Positions 1 to 11,633 are shown, counted from the first letter of the stretch. The stretch: 64,000 bases of DNA from Caecitellus pseudoparvulus (GCA_965644315.1 CBFFRQ010000013.1:558001-622000); one strand, 5' to 3'. Notes: generated by a model from the sequence alone, not told the origin. Numbers and translations are program-made.

Positions 1-1
1 T

Positions 2-1066
2 GGCTTACAAAGCGGGGCCCGTGCGATGCCCAGTGGGTCCATGACGACAGCGTGCACCACTGCCGCAGCCCCTGGCACCCCCCCCACGCCGGCCCCCCCC
101 ACCACGCCGGATGAACCTGGCTTGCGGTGCTTGGCGCTGGTTCGAAGGGAGGAGGATGGTGCCTCTGTGGCCTTTTCTTCCGCTTCCAAATCTTGGGCAC
201 GCAGCGGCAGCCTTGGCTCCCTGGTGGGGGGTGGGGAGGACACCCTCGCGCCTGGTGCACCCACCGCCACCCGAGCAGCCAGCACAACTCATGTTGAGCA
301 CTACTTGCACGCATCTGGGCTGTCAGGGGGTGGCATGGAGCCCCTGCACCGCCGGGGAACGCACTCAGCTGAAGTGTCGGGCTGGCGTGGCAGCGGATTC
401 GCTTCTGGGCCGTTGCCCACGCCTGGCGAACCAGGCGTATCGACGTGGTCAGCACCAAGCCCTGTGGTGCATGGTGGTGGCTGGGTCGCGGGGAGGGGTG
501 GCAGTGTAGGCTTTGATTCGGGCGGTTGGGCTGGCGATGGCGAGTCGGTGGGTTCCCACGCCTCCTCCTTTGCCCCTGCGCCGGCATCGCTACCTGGAGG
601 CTCTGGTGGCTACGATGGGGGAGAGCGCACTGCTGAGGATGCCGCATCCCGTGCGATCAGCGCCAGCAGCGCCGCAAGCTCAACAAGGCGCCGCCGTGAC
701 AAGCGGCACCGTCACGACGGGGAAGACGGGGCGGGCTTTGTGGAGGAGTACATTGGAGCGGACTGCGCCACGACGCTGCGCACAGCATCTGGTGGCTCTG
801 CTCGGTCCTTGGCATCTGAGGATGGCTCCAAGCGCCGTGTCGTGGCGATATCCGCTCATGCTCCGCTCTTGGGCACCAACTGGCCTACCCCTCCACCCAC
901 CAGTGCACAGTCCAAGCACACACATGATGTGGGCAGCATGATGCCACCTTCCATCACCTTGGAGAGTCACGTGGCAGCGCAGGCACGCCAAGCCTCCTCC
1001 TCGAAGCCACTCACCGCAGCCCAGACAGCTGCTGCGTGGCACGTGCAACAAGGTGGAGGCCACTGA
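2..1066 (+). CDS. 3' end of an upstream gene; low-complexity Gly/Ser/Ala-rich protein
   Basis: Frame is open from the window edge to TGA at 1064-1066; no recognisable domain. Confidence 0.35.
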   Translation, partial: GLQSGARAMPSGSMTTACTTAAAPGTPPTPAPPTTPDEPGLRCLALVRREEDGASVAFSSASKSWARSGSLGSLVGGGEDTLAPGAPTATRAASTTHVEHYLHASGLSGGGMEPLHRRGTHSAEVSGWRGSGFASGPLPTPGEPGVSTWSAPSPVVHGGGWVAGRGGSVGFDSGGWAGDGESVGSHASSFAPAPASLPGGSGGYDGGERTAEDAASRAISASSAASSTRRRRDKRHRHDGEDGAGFVEEYIGADCATTLRTASGGSARSLASEDGSKRRVVAISAHAPLLGTNWPTPPPTSAQSKHTHDVGSMMPPSITLESHVAAQARQASSSKPLTAAQTAAAWHVQQGGGH

Positions 1067-1139
1067 GGCCGCCACGCAAAATGCAGCAAGCCCTCGACGA
1101 GCTGGCCCTGAAGTGGTTGTGCGCTTGGCGGGTGTTGAC

Positions 1140-4073
1140 ATGCGGCGCAAACACGTGCGCTTGTCTGGCCCAGGCAAGCGCTCCGTTGCCTGTGGCACGC
1201 GTGTGCTGGCAGCAGTGGTGCTGGTGCTGGCGTGTGGCTGGCTATGGACGGTGTTCTCGCACCTCTCCATCACAAATGGTGCTGAGGACCAGGAACATAG
1301 GGGGGGTGGCATAATCAGCTTACAAGGCGCAAGAACGACGGGTGGCGGCGGGGGACAAGCACCAAATGGTAAGGCTTGCGGATTTGCGGTATTTGACGCA
1401 GCCTCCCCTTCAAGACCATGACGACCGCCGTGCTTCTGCCCAGGTGGTCTACAGCACACGGGCCCCGTCAGTATAGACTCAAGTGATGATGTGGTGGTGC
1501 AGCCCCACGTCCCAGGCCAAGCTCACAAAGTTCCTGCCACAACCCACGTCACAAAACTGCAGGATTTGCCGGCAGCTGAAGCCAGCAACATGGACTGGTT
1601 GGCGAAGGGCCGGTGGCTGGTGCAGCAGAATGCTGGCCTCCTTGCCGCTGCTCAGTCGCGGCCGCTCGAGAGTATTACGCTCGTGACCGTCCTCCTTGAC
1701 CTTGGGCGTGACAAGCTTGGAGGCGGCTTCAAGCGCACGTTCACGGAGTACATCAACCGCATGAAGGCGTTCGTCTCCTACGACCTGCCCAAGGTGATGT
1801 TCCTGGATGCAAATTACATGGATGACTTCAAGCCGCTTTTGGACACGTCCCCCTCCCCCGTGCACGTCATCCCCATCACCAAGGAGGAGGTGAAGGCCGC
1901 CTTTAAAGGCTGGGATGCCCTGCAAGCCATCCGCACGAACCCTGACTGGGCCAACCGACAGGCCTGGCTGGCGCAGTCCCCCCAGGCCACCATGGAATAC
2001 TACAATCCGTTGGTGATGTCCAAGGTGCGGTTGGCGCGGCAGGCAGCTGAGCTGAACCCCTTCCACACAGACGCCTTTCTGTTTGTGGACGCCGGGCACC
2101 TGTGCAACGATCCAGCATCTTTCTCCAAGGCCCACGTGCCGTTCATGGCAGACAACCTCATGAACAAGGGTATGCTTGTGACGTTCTTTGACTACGTCCC
2201 TTCGTCGTACAACGGAGAAGTGCACGGGTTCGAGGCTGCCGCGTTTCAGAAGTACATAGGCGATACGCAGCTGCCGCTGCGGGTCGGGCGTGGCGGAGTC
2301 TTCGGCGGGCGCCCCGAGCATCTTGCAGTTGCTGAAGAGCTGTTCGAACTCATCAAAGCAGAAACACTGGCTGCGGGATACTTGGGCACGGAAGAGAACT
2401 ACTTCTCCATCCTCGACTACCGCTTTCACGGAGTTGTTCAGCGCTTCGACAACGGAGAGGGTGGGAACTGTGCCGTATTCAACTACGTCCGATCGCCGCC
2501 ACGTGACCCTGAGAAGTTCGGGTACCGCCTGCGGGGCGCAACATGTGACCCAGATTGGAAGGCGCTCTCTGCTCGAGGCCAGCCGTCCTGCACGGACAGC
2601 CAAGGCTCACAATGCCCACCGGAGGTTGACCCCAAGTATCTAGACGACGCCCCGCAGCAGTGGACGTGTCATGAGCCTGACAAGTACTTCTGCACTGTTG
2701 CCTGCGAATCAGGCAAGGGTATGGATGGCGTCAAATGGTTCGCCAACCAATGCGGCACTGCACCATCCCAACCTTGCGCTGCACCTGAAGGTGGGGGGGA
2801 TGTTGTGGACAAGCACGTGGAAGAAGACCAGCAAGCTCAGCTCTTGGCTGGCTACGACGACCCAGGGCCTGAAGATGGCATCGACTTGCGGGGGCTGGTG
2901 TGCGGCCGGAAGCCTGACGGCGCAGTGCGGTGCCGCACCAATGACCCCTTTGACGCAGAGGAGTGCCCGCCCAGCATCACGCCAGACAGCTTAACTGCAG
3001 CTCAGCACATGCATCTCTGCCAGCCCAAGGTGAAGAGCCACTTTTGCACCGTCACATGCAACCCACTCTCCAGCACCGGGACGTGGCATCCCCATGACAT
3101 TGCATGGTGCAAGGCAAACCCTGGCTCTTGCCCCCCCATGCCACGGCGCATCCCCAAGGATCAGTGGAGCCTGGGCGACCTCCCAGCTTCGTCAGCTCCC
3201 GTGCGGGTGTGCAATCGGCGCGCCGCCAGCACTGCAGCCGGGGTGGGAGCTCTCCGCGGAGGTGGTCCGCACAAGGAGGCGCATGTGGTGCCTGAGCTCA
3301 GCATTGGTATGCTCGTGTACGGCAGTCGGGAGCTGCAGACATTGGAAGGCACGCTGCAGTCGTACGAGAAGAATGGTCTGCTGAGCGGGGTATCGGAGTT
3401 CATGGTGTGGATGAACAAGCGGGATGCTCGGCTGAACGATCTGCTCGCACCCTGGGCCGCCCGCTTCCCCGCCATCCGCCTCATGGGCAACGCAGAGAAT
3501 CATGGCATCGTGCTGGCCTTCAATTGGATGGCGGGCAATGCGTCATCGCCTTTCTTCTTGTTTTTGGAGAAGGACTTTCGCATGATTGAGCCGTGGGACT
3601 GCGGCTATGAGCGGCTCGCAGCTGGAGTGCAGCTGCTGAAAGATGGCACGGCACATGCAGTGCGATACCGCCATAGGTGGCGAGCTGGGAGTCCGAACTG
3701 GGCAAAGACCATGTTCAAAGGCCAAGAGAACCGGGTATTCAAGCAGCAGCCGAACCTCTTCTGCAACCACTTTCACTGGCTGGAACACCCCGAACGCCGC
3801 TGGCCTGACAAGATCTGGTTCTGTGCGAAGCAGCCTTATTTCTACTGCAGTGACTCCGAATTCTGCAACTGGACGAACAACCCAACCATGATTTCCACTG
3901 CATGGTGGAAGCGTGAGTATGTGGAAAAATTTTCTTCCTTCCAGCACCACAGTCCGTACAAGGACATCGAGTTCTACATGAACTGGGAACCCCACGCGTG
4001 GAATGACAGGAAGTGGATTGTAGCACAGGGGGATGGATTGTTCAGGCACGAAGATTACATGAAGTGGGGCTGA
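1140..4073 (+). CDS. Type II membrane glycosyltransferase-like protein: HtrL/YibB domain + 2 Cys-rich modules + GT-A (GT2-like) domain
   Basis: ATG 1140 followed by a TM segment (VLAAVVLVLACGWLWTVF). A 75-nt in-frame intron at 1369-1443 (GTAAGG...CCCAG) joins it to ORF 1491-4073. HtrL-like motifs ITLVTVLLDLGR...YYNPLVMSKV...NPFHTDAFLFVDAG; C-terminal FLFLEKDF is DxD-like. Confidence 0.72.
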
Positions 4074-4251
4074 TTTGGGCCCCTTGCACACGCATGTGCC
4101 GCTTGCAATCCACAGCTTGGGCGCTCTGCAGCAGTCGCGCGCGCCTATATTGCACGAGGCCTATCCATACGAACTCACCCCCAGCCCGCTGACTTGGCAC
4201 ACACGCCGTGCATTCTTCGGTGCTTGTTGCCCGCGCCCAAGCCAGGCCGGC

Positions 4252-4656
4252 ATGGGAAAGGCAGCGCTCGGTTCGTCGGCTCACCGAACCATGGTGCTGA
4301 GCTTGTACAGAACACTGCTTCGAGTGAGCCAGGACACACCCTGTTTTGTGGCGGTTTAATGACACACTTCTTTGACCTCCCGCCGCCCAGGAAGCCAGTC
4401 GCATGCCCACAAAGCCGAGCCGGGAGCTCGTTGCTGGCAAGGTTCGAACTGAATTCCGCACACACGCGAGCTCAGTGAACCAGGAGCACGTGGACTTCTT
4501 GCTCCAGTACGGCCATGTGAGCCTGGATGAAGTACGAGAGCATGTGAGTCCGTAACGACCGGCCCTGCCCATGCCTCAGCAACCGACAGTGCGCTGGCTT
4601 TGACGCAGAGGCGTGCTGCGATGCGGAACTTGAGCCAAGGCCTGGACCTGTATTGA
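4252..4656 (+). CDS. Mitochondrial LYR-motif (Complex1_LYR) protein, 3 exons
   Basis: VLSLYRTLLR|EASRMP...VRTEFR motif; introns 4324-4390 and 4544-4608 (GTGAG...CAG) give an open frame ending at TGA 4654-4656. Confidence 0.72.
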
Positions 4657-5573
4657 GCGCGCCCAAGCTGACCCCCTTGTGTTTCCGGGGCGAGTGCTGA
4701 CCTTTCTTCATAGAGTGTGGTACTCCTGCCGTTGGAGCGAGCCTCCACGCTCTCGTGCGTAACCACCACCGCCGCAAGAGAGTCGTGATGAGGTCCACGG
4801 CAGAGCAGTCCAATGTTGTGCCGCAAGGTGCTCCCTTTTCCGGCATGGTAATGGGCAGGCTCATGAAATAGCTTGATGTGGCCCGGTATCGTTTGGCGCC
4901 CTGCGCTTCCCTGGCTTCTGTGCGTGGCAATCTTGCCCTTGCCAGGTGCCTCACAGTCCCGCACCAGCCAGACGGTGCGGCTTTTGAAGCAAAACATACC
5001 TCCACACGGAATCCCCATGGCGGCGCTGAACGCCCATGTGCTTCCATGCTCCGTATTTTCCCCTTTCAATTCACTAGCACGCCCGCAGGACTTCGCTGGT
5101 CCTCTCTCCGCCTCGGAGTCAGAGCTGTCGCGCAGCGACAGCCGCAGCGCACCGGAGTGACGCGCCTGCACATCTCCCACCGTGAGAAAGCTGCCCACAA
5201 GCAGTGCGTGCCTTCAGTGTCCACAGCCCTCCTTGTGAAACTTGAGATCTCTAGCTTGTCTGTGAGTGTGCCTGGCTCCCGAGTGCTGCGGGTCGTTCTG
5301 TCCACTGCACACTTGCGGCAAGCATGCGCTGCCAGGCGTCCCCACGGATGCCTACGCTGGCTCCTGGCCTCGACCGCCCTGTTTGATAGTCAGCTTGTAG
5401 ATTGCTTTGCGTATGAGTCGCGTCTGGGGCAGGGGTTCGGCGGCAGCCCAGGCTTTGTGTGCCGCGTTTCGCCTCCACGCTTGGCACGGGGGAAACGCCG
5501 CACGCTGCCTCCTGACGGTCGACCCTCGCAGGGCTGAGAGAAGCGCGGAGCAGATTCGAGCCCACACCGTAGC

Positions 5574-7919
5574 ATGGCAACACAGAGTATGGCTGCCACT
5601 GCCCAAGCAGCAGCCGTGCACTCGATGGCTCTGCCATCCACCAGGCGGCCGCCATCAAAGCCCACACAGGCCCAGCTCCTGGAGTCAGCTGTGAAGGTGG
5701 GAAGGGCGGCTGCTGCGCTTCGCCAGCGAAAAGCCTCTGGACACATCGCCCTCGGAACGTCTGCTGACCCTTCCTCTGAGGAACCACGGCCACCTGCCTT
5801 GACTAGCACTGCAGCCAGCACGGCAGCGTGCTCGCCAGCCTCTACGGAAGGAGCAGCTGCGCAGGAAACAGCCGTTCCTGCACCACACAGTTTGCTGCCA
5901 ACCGTGTATGCAGGAGTGCATATGGTTTCCCCTGGCGGTGGGGATGGCGTGAGCCAGCAGTGGCTGGTGTCAGGCCCCCAGGAGGGGGGTACACCCCAGG
6001 TCGGTCGGTACACCTGCCTGCAGCAGGCAACTCAGGCCGCTTGCAGAGCTCATGTGAGTGGTGAGGATTTGCCTTGTTTTATTCGTGACCTCCCCGGACA
6101 GTCAAAAGAGAATCCCGCGGAGGGGACCGCAGGCTCAGGCTTTGAGGCGGCCCTGGCGCAGGCGCTGGACTCGACCGACGAGGAAGCAAGCCCTGGGAGT
6201 GACCATGCACTGGAAACGTATGTAGCTGCAAGGGAGCACGCAGAAGCCAGTGCTCGGAATGCTGCAGAGGCATTCCCGAACTGGCAGGCTGATGTGCTGT
6301 ACCTTGCCCGCCCAACGGGGGACATCATGAGCCCACCGCCTGTCTCAACGACCAGCACCGCCCCAGGGACCATTCCCCGCACGTCTTTGTCTCATGTTGG
6401 TGCAGTTGCAACTGCTGCTGTGGCTTCTTCCTCTTGCCTTCCCACGCCGACCACACTGCTGCCGAGTGGGACGCCGCTGGACTCGAGTGCCCCTGAGGGC
6501 TACATCCGCAGCGGCCCCTCGGACGCACCAGAGGAGCTGCCTGGCACCCCTCCCGGTGACGTGCAGACAAGCATTGTGTGGGGACAACCTCCCCCGAAGC
6601 CCCTGCCGGCCGGTGCCCCACATCACTTCCAGCCTCCGACCCTGTCAAAGATGGAGCGAGCTGCGTGGTTGGTACCTAGCGCGCCTCAAGCCTTGCACCC
6701 GGACTTTGCATACATAATTTCTGGCTTGTCAAGCCACCCCTTGCGCCGTTTGGCTGAAGAGCGTCCACGAGATCGCGCTGAGCTCATGGCAATGGCTGCG
6801 CAAGCAGACGCGCTTAATGAAGCTGCGGTGCTGCCAGGCCGTGCCACTGTAGAGAGCCTGGGTGTCGCCAAGCGCTCCAGTGTTGCAGTGAACCTCGCAG
6901 CTTCACACCGTGGTGCAGGGGAAAGTGCCCTGCTCCCAGTGTCGCTGATCCCGTGGCATGGGCTGTCCGGCCCATCCCACCGGCAGACTCGTCCGCCGGC
7001 CTCCCACACTGACGAAGGCGACGTTATTGTGTCATGGTTCAGCAAGAACCCCCGCCCCTCCCAGTCATCCAACAAAGACACGAAGAGCAGTCGGATTGCA
7101 AAGCTTCTGGCCGGTCTGAAAAACCGGGGGCCCCCGCCATCTGCTTATGCTGCAGCTGAATGGCTGAGCGGGGGCAGCGTCAAGCGCCCACGTAGTGCCT
7201 TGCCGACCAAGACTACAAGCCAAGCTAAACGACCTCGAACTGCCTGGCAAGACTATGATCGAGAGCCTGAGATTTTGCCTCGGTCCATGGGAGTCACGAT
7301 GGATCGAACAGTGCGAGTTTCGGGCTCCTCGGCCCTTGCAGGCACAAACACCAGCGCAACGTCTGCTACCAGCGCAAGTGAAGGCGCCCCGGTGGTCGTT
7401 ACCGTGTCAAACCTTCCTGAGCGCATGCCTCGCCACATTGCAGAGGCAGAGGACCGCACAGCTGCCTATGCAGTCGCCCTCGCTGGCAGCACGCGCCGAA
7501 AGCGACGCCCAAAGCGGGTCTTTGTCCACTCCATGGCAGTCGCTGACCTTGACGTTTCAGTGCAGACCGATGAGCAAGGGGTGGAGCATGTGGTGTTCGG
7601 TGTGCCAAAGGACTACTTGAACGTTCGCGAGGAGACAGGTGGAGGGGGCACCCGCAGCCGGTTGGCCAGAGATGTCGTGCTCGCCTTGAAGCGCTGGATG
7701 ATGCGGCCAGAGAACTGGCGCCACCCCTACCCAGACGAAGCGACTCGCACAGAGCTTGCCAAGGACTTGGGGCTCACTGAAGCCCAGGTCTGCAACTGGT
7801 TCCGGAATGAGCGCAAGCGGTTGTGGCTACCAATGTCTCGTCGAGCAAAGGCTGCTGTGCAAGCTATGCGCCGTTCAGGCCACGAAGAAGACGCACGCAG
7901 CGATGCTTCTGATGCCTAG
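5574..7919 (+). CDS. TALE-class homeodomain transcription factor (Homeobox_KN)
   Basis: C-terminal LKRWMMRPENWRHPYPDEATRTELAKDLGLTEAQVCNWFRNERKR (PYP loop and WFxNxR helix 3); long disordered N-terminus; start uncertain. Confidence 0.85.
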   Translation: MATQSMAATAQAAAVHSMALPSTRRPPSKPTQAQLLESAVKVGRAAAALRQRKASGHIALGTSADPSSEEPRPPALTSTAASTAACSPASTEGAAAQETAVPAPHSLLPTVYAGVHMVSPGGGDGVSQQWLVSGPQEGGTPQVGRYTCLQQATQAACRAHVSGEDLPCFIRDLPGQSKENPAEGTAGSGFEAALAQALDSTDEEASPGSDHALETYVAAREHAEASARNAAEAFPNWQADVLYLARPTGDIMSPPPVSTTSTAPGTIPRTSLSHVGAVATAAVASSSCLPTPTTLLPSGTPLDSSAPEGYIRSGPSDAPEELPGTPPGDVQTSIVWGQPPPKPLPAGAPHHFQPPTLSKMERAAWLVPSAPQALHPDFAYIISGLSSHPLRRLAEERPRDRAELMAMAAQADALNEAAVLPGRATVESLGVAKRSSVAVNLAASHRGAGESALLPVSLIPWHGLSGPSHRQTRPPASHTDEGDVIVSWFSKNPRPSQSSNKDTKSSRIAKLLAGLKNRGPPPSAYAAAEWLSGGSVKRPRSALPTKTTSQAKRPRTAWQDYDREPEILPRSMGVTMDRTVRVSGSSALAGTNTSATSATSASEGAPVVVTVSNLPERMPRHIAEAEDRTAAYAVALAGSTRRKRRPKRVFVHSMAVADLDVSVQTDEQGVEHVVFGVPKDYLNVREETGGGGTRSRLARDVVLALKRWMMRPENWRHPYPDEATRTELAKDLGLTEAQVCNWFRNERKRLWLPMSRRAKAAVQAMRRSGHEEDARSDASDA

Positions 7920-8634
7920 TTGCTTGTGGGAGACTTTCTCTTCCCCGCCTGGAGCGGAAGGTTCGCTGCAGGCGCTGCGCTGTGTGAGGCCACCACAGTT
8001 GCTGTTGGGTGCAGTGGCAATGCCCGTGCAATTCACAACCTCACACTGAGCGCTTCGGCCACAGCTCAAACTCTCTTGGTTGTCAGTCATATCTTTGTTG
8101 AGTGCTGTTTACAGCAGCACCCGATCCAGCGGCAGCTCATGGGCTTGCCGTGGACAGTGGCAGCAGTTGAACTCAACTTCCCCCTCTCGTACTGCATCTG
8201 GTCGAGTCGCAAGCAACAGCCGCGAAGGTTTTCTGGGTCTCTTTGTGCGCATCGACCCTGATCCAAGCGTGGCGCGCTGCTGGAGCAGACCCACGCTCCG
8301 AGGCAGCCCGGTGAGTGCGATGCCTCCTTACCGGTTCCCCGGTGCTGCCTGGACAAGTTCCGCATTGCCAGCGGTGCACGCCTACGACTTGAGCTGCGCA
8401 CCGTGCGAAGATAGCATTCGTGCAACCCCTTGCGAGCATGAATGTGTTGTGCCAATGTTGTGTTCCGATGGCGGGAAGAGCTTTGCTGGCTATGGTGTGG
8501 CGAGCCTGCCAGCAGCCATTGCACTGCCGCTTGCGAGGCACGTCGCTGCTGCCTTGCGTTTCGCAGCAAAGAACCTCAAGGGTCTCCTCCCGCGAAATTG
8601 CACCCTGTCCAGCAGAGCTGCGCGTTCTATAAGC

Positions 8635-11454
8635 ATGAAGTACATTCCCTGCTCTTCCGCTGGGTATGAATCTGCAGGACGCCGCTGCAGCCGAGTGCTG
8701 CGTGGCATTGTGTTTGCGTGGCTCCTGCTGCACTGCAGTTGCATCACACCACTCCACGACCCCGCTCCCATTCCCCTGGTGCCTTTGCTGAACGGCAGGG
8801 TGCTTGAGCAGGCAAGTAAGCTGAACTCTACTGACGGTCTCCTCCTGCACCGCCTTGGTCGGCTGGGTGCGGATGTGGTGCCCGAGGTTGCCATTGGCCT
8901 GCCGTCGTACACTTGCTCTACAGGAGAAGCTGACTGCGGAGCGGTAATTCTTGTCATGCTGACAAGAGGCCCGACCTCCAGCAAGCCAGTGCTAGCCCGT
9001 CGAGTTGTCACGCTGGCTCCAGACCTCCCAGGATCCGTCCTCTTCAAACAGGCGGGCGCGAACCTGGGAGCTTGCATGGCATTCGTTGGAGAAGTTGACA
9101 ATGACCCTTCCACGACAGAGTACGCAATCGGCATGCCAGGCGCAACGCTGAGTGGTGTTCAGACAGGGGGATACATGTTGATTGGCCTCAGTGACACGGC
9201 GGAAGTTGCGCACTCCAACGTAATCGGCCCAGCGAATGGCACAACACAAAGCTCTGCGAGCTCGTTCGGGTCCGGAGATCGCCTTGGAGCATCCATCGTT
9301 GCGCTGGGAGATACAACTAACTTGGGTGCACCAGAGATAGCTGTGGGTGCGCCTAGATGGGGAGCAGATGATGGGGGGGGGCTCTTTGTCTTTTCGATGT
9401 ACATGTCCAGCAACAACAATATTGAGACAGCTGGTCTTAATCTAGCTGTAACACGCACCACCCCTGTGGGGCTTGGGGACATTCCTGCTGGAGCACACTT
9501 CGGAGCGTCCATGGCATTCTTCGTGGACGTGTCTGCGGCTGCATGCGGAGGCACGCTGTTCGTGTCAGCCCCAGGCTATACGGGAGCAGCGACAGCAGAC
9601 GGCGCCGTCTTTGTCATCACCTTGGACGACACATTGACTGCTTTGGGCATCACCACTATCTCCACACTTGAAACAAACTGGGCGCCGTACTCTGAGGCCC
9701 AAGGGGGCCTGCGTCTGGCGGACTTGGCCACGGACTTAGATGGGGATGCGTTCCCAGAACTGCTCATGCACTCGCCCAGCAGCCTTTCCGGAGCAGGATC
9801 GTTTTTTGTTGGCGGTGTCCAGTCTGGCTTCTCCCCTAAGGTCACGACTCGCATAGACTCGTCGGTCGTCTCAGCCTTGCCAGGCGGGTCCAGCCACTTC
9901 GGAGCGGCCGTATACTTGTCGGCCACGGGCGCAGAGGCGCCTGGAGGCCGGCCCATGATCCTGTGGGGCTCTGTCAACCCACCTCAGCTTTGGACAGCTG
10001 CCCTTGATATTTCTCCTAATCAAGACTCGTGGAGGAGCATTCCTTTCACCGAGGACGGGCGCTGTGACGTTGCTTCTCGCGCAGGAGTGTCAACGTTGAC
10101 CATGACGCACCTGTTTCTTGCACCCCAAGCTCCACCTGTCCTAGCCAGTCATGGAATTGCTGTTTCTCGAAGCTTCTGCCAGTATCCATACAACGCGGAG
10201 AACAGAACTACGTTGCTCGCTCTCGGGTCACCAGCGTCGCATGTGAACAACCAAGGAGGAACGGTCCACTTGTTCAACTTTGAGGTGCGAACTATGTCCA
10301 CGCACGATCAAGTGTCGGGCTTTGTGCTTCATGCAACCTCAGGTTCCATTGCACTTGGAACTGGCTGGTTCTTTGGCTACGATTTGGCGGTAGTTGGTGA
10401 CATTGACGAAGACGGCGTGGACGACCTGGCAGTGGGTGCCCCGGGCAGGGCGCACACCCTCCAAGCACAGAGAACTCTGAACTCTGGTCGCGTAGTGCTG
10501 CTCTTCCTGAGACCGGATGGCAGCTTGGATTCTTCGACAATCCTGCCCCCCACGACGGCCCCCGAGAGCTTCGGCTCTGGGGTCACTTCAATCGGGAACT
10601 TGGACAGCTTCCTGGCGCCGGACATTGCCGTTGGCAGCCCGGAGCATTCGACTGTAGACGGCCACGGTGCCGTGACAGTGTTCCTCTTTGAGCCCTCTCG
10701 CATCTCTCCAATGATCAACCATACAGTCATCACCTTTGGCTCTGCTGGTCTGCCAGACAAGTCGACTGTGCTTGGTGGCCTGAACTCCGAAGCTATTTAT
10801 TTTGGTGAAGGTCTGGCATGGCTGCAAGCCGATATGGAAGGTGCTGGCACGCAGCATACCATTGCAGTGGGAGCTCCAGGCTTTGATTCCAGCAAAGGAG
10901 CAATCATCTTCCTGCACCTCACACCCGAAATGCTCGTCTCCGGCTTTCACGTGCTTTCTTCAACGTCAGCGACGCCCAGCGGCACAACCTTGTCATGGGC
11001 GAGCAACGACGGGTGTACTGTTCGGGCGGCAGCTGGGACCTTTCCGCCATTGGCAAGGGATCCCCTGTCGCCGGACACTCACATGCTGCACTTGCCTGTC
11101 AGCTGCAAGCATGGCGTTGACTTGCTCACCATTGGCCACTCTGGCTTCAACGCAGGCACAAATGGCCTTTTGCACTTCGATACTCTGGGGAATGGAACAG
11201 GGGGCTTCGCGCCTGTCCCAGCTTCCAGTTCACAGAATGAGCACATGACCATGGCGTTCTTGTGGAATGAAACCAGCCGCCATGGCCCACGTGCCGCATT
11301 GCTCACGGGGCACCCAATCGAGTTAGCTGATGACTACGGGGGCTTCACGGTGCGAGGTTTCTCGCCCATCCCTGGAAACCTGCCTTGGGCTCAGTACACT
11401 CCAGGGTATGAAGCCTCGCTGCCCAAGCAGCGATGCGCATTCAGCGAGGCTTAG
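8635..11454 (+). CDS. 5' half of a giant FG-GAP (integrin-alpha-like beta-propeller) receptor gene, cut by the transposon insertion
   Basis: ATG 8635 precedes a signal-peptide-like segment (VLRGIVFAWLLLHCSC); FG-GAP/Ca-binding motifs such as GDIDEDGVDDLAVGAPG and DLDGDAFPELL. The TAG at 11452-11454 is formed by the TSD plus the first TIR base. Confidence 0.85.
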   Translation: MKYIPCSSAGYESAGRRCSRVLRGIVFAWLLLHCSCITPLHDPAPIPLVPLLNGRVLEQASKLNSTDGLLLHRLGRLGADVVPEVAIGLPSYTCSTGEADCGAVILVMLTRGPTSSKPVLARRVVTLAPDLPGSVLFKQAGANLGACMAFVGEVDNDPSTTEYAIGMPGATLSGVQTGGYMLIGLSDTAEVAHSNVIGPANGTTQSSASSFGSGDRLGASIVALGDTTNLGAPEIAVGAPRWGADDGGGLFVFSMYMSSNNNIETAGLNLAVTRTTPVGLGDIPAGAHFGASMAFFVDVSAAACGGTLFVSAPGYTGAATADGAVFVITLDDTLTALGITTISTLETNWAPYSEAQGGLRLADLATDLDGDAFPELLMHSPSSLSGAGSFFVGGVQSGFSPKVTTRIDSSVVSALPGGSSHFGAAVYLSATGAEAPGGRPMILWGSVNPPQLWTAALDISPNQDSWRSIPFTEDGRCDVASRAGVSTLTMTHLFLAPQAPPVLASHGIAVSRSFCQYPYNAENRTTLLALGSPASHVNNQGGTVHLFNFEVRTMSTHDQVSGFVLHATSGSIALGTGWFFGYDLAVVGDIDEDGVDDLAVGAPGRAHTLQAQRTLNSGRVVLLFLRPDGSLDSSTILPPTTAPESFGSGVTSIGNLDSFLAPDIAVGSPEHSTVDGHGAVTVFLFEPSRISPMINHTVITFGSAGLPDKSTVLGGLNSEAIYFGEGLAWLQADMEGAGTQHTIAVGAPGFDSSKGAIIFLHLTPEMLVSGFHVLSSTSATPSGTTLSWASNDGCTVRAAAGTFPPLARDPLSPDTHMLHLPVSCKHGVDLLTIGHSGFNAGTNGLLHFDTLGNGTGGFAPVPASSSQNEHMTMAFLWNETSRHGPRAALLTGHPIELADDYGGFTVRGFSPIPGNLPWAQYTPGYEASLPKQRCAFSEA

Positions 11455-11476
11455 GCTTGCCGGCACGAGGGGGGTT
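11451..11476 (+). repeat. Left TSD (TTA, 11451-11453) and left TIR (GGCTTGCCGGCACGAGGGGGGTT, 11454-11476)
   Basis: The TIR is the exact reverse complement of 15143-15165. Confidence 0.96.
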
Positions 11477-11633
11477 ATTGCCGCTGTATGTGGGCCCTCG
11501 GCACGCATGGTGCGTGTGGTAGAGCGCATTGTATCAATGCAGTTCATGCGGCGCTCACTTGCACTTGAAAATCAAAGAACCTGATAACTGAGCGAGCTTG
11601 CGTTGGTGCGTCCGTCTCTCGCTTGATACAGGG

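Noticed and set aside
4356-5570. Several 90-280 aa ORFs on both strands between the LYR and TALE genes
   Set aside because: No motif or consistent splice structure was found; such ORFs are expected by chance at this GC content.
8080-8634. N-terminal 185-aa extension of the FG-GAP ORF
   Set aside because: It starts at a non-ATG codon, and the signal-peptide-like segment follows ATG 8635, so this is likely 5' UTR or intergenic.
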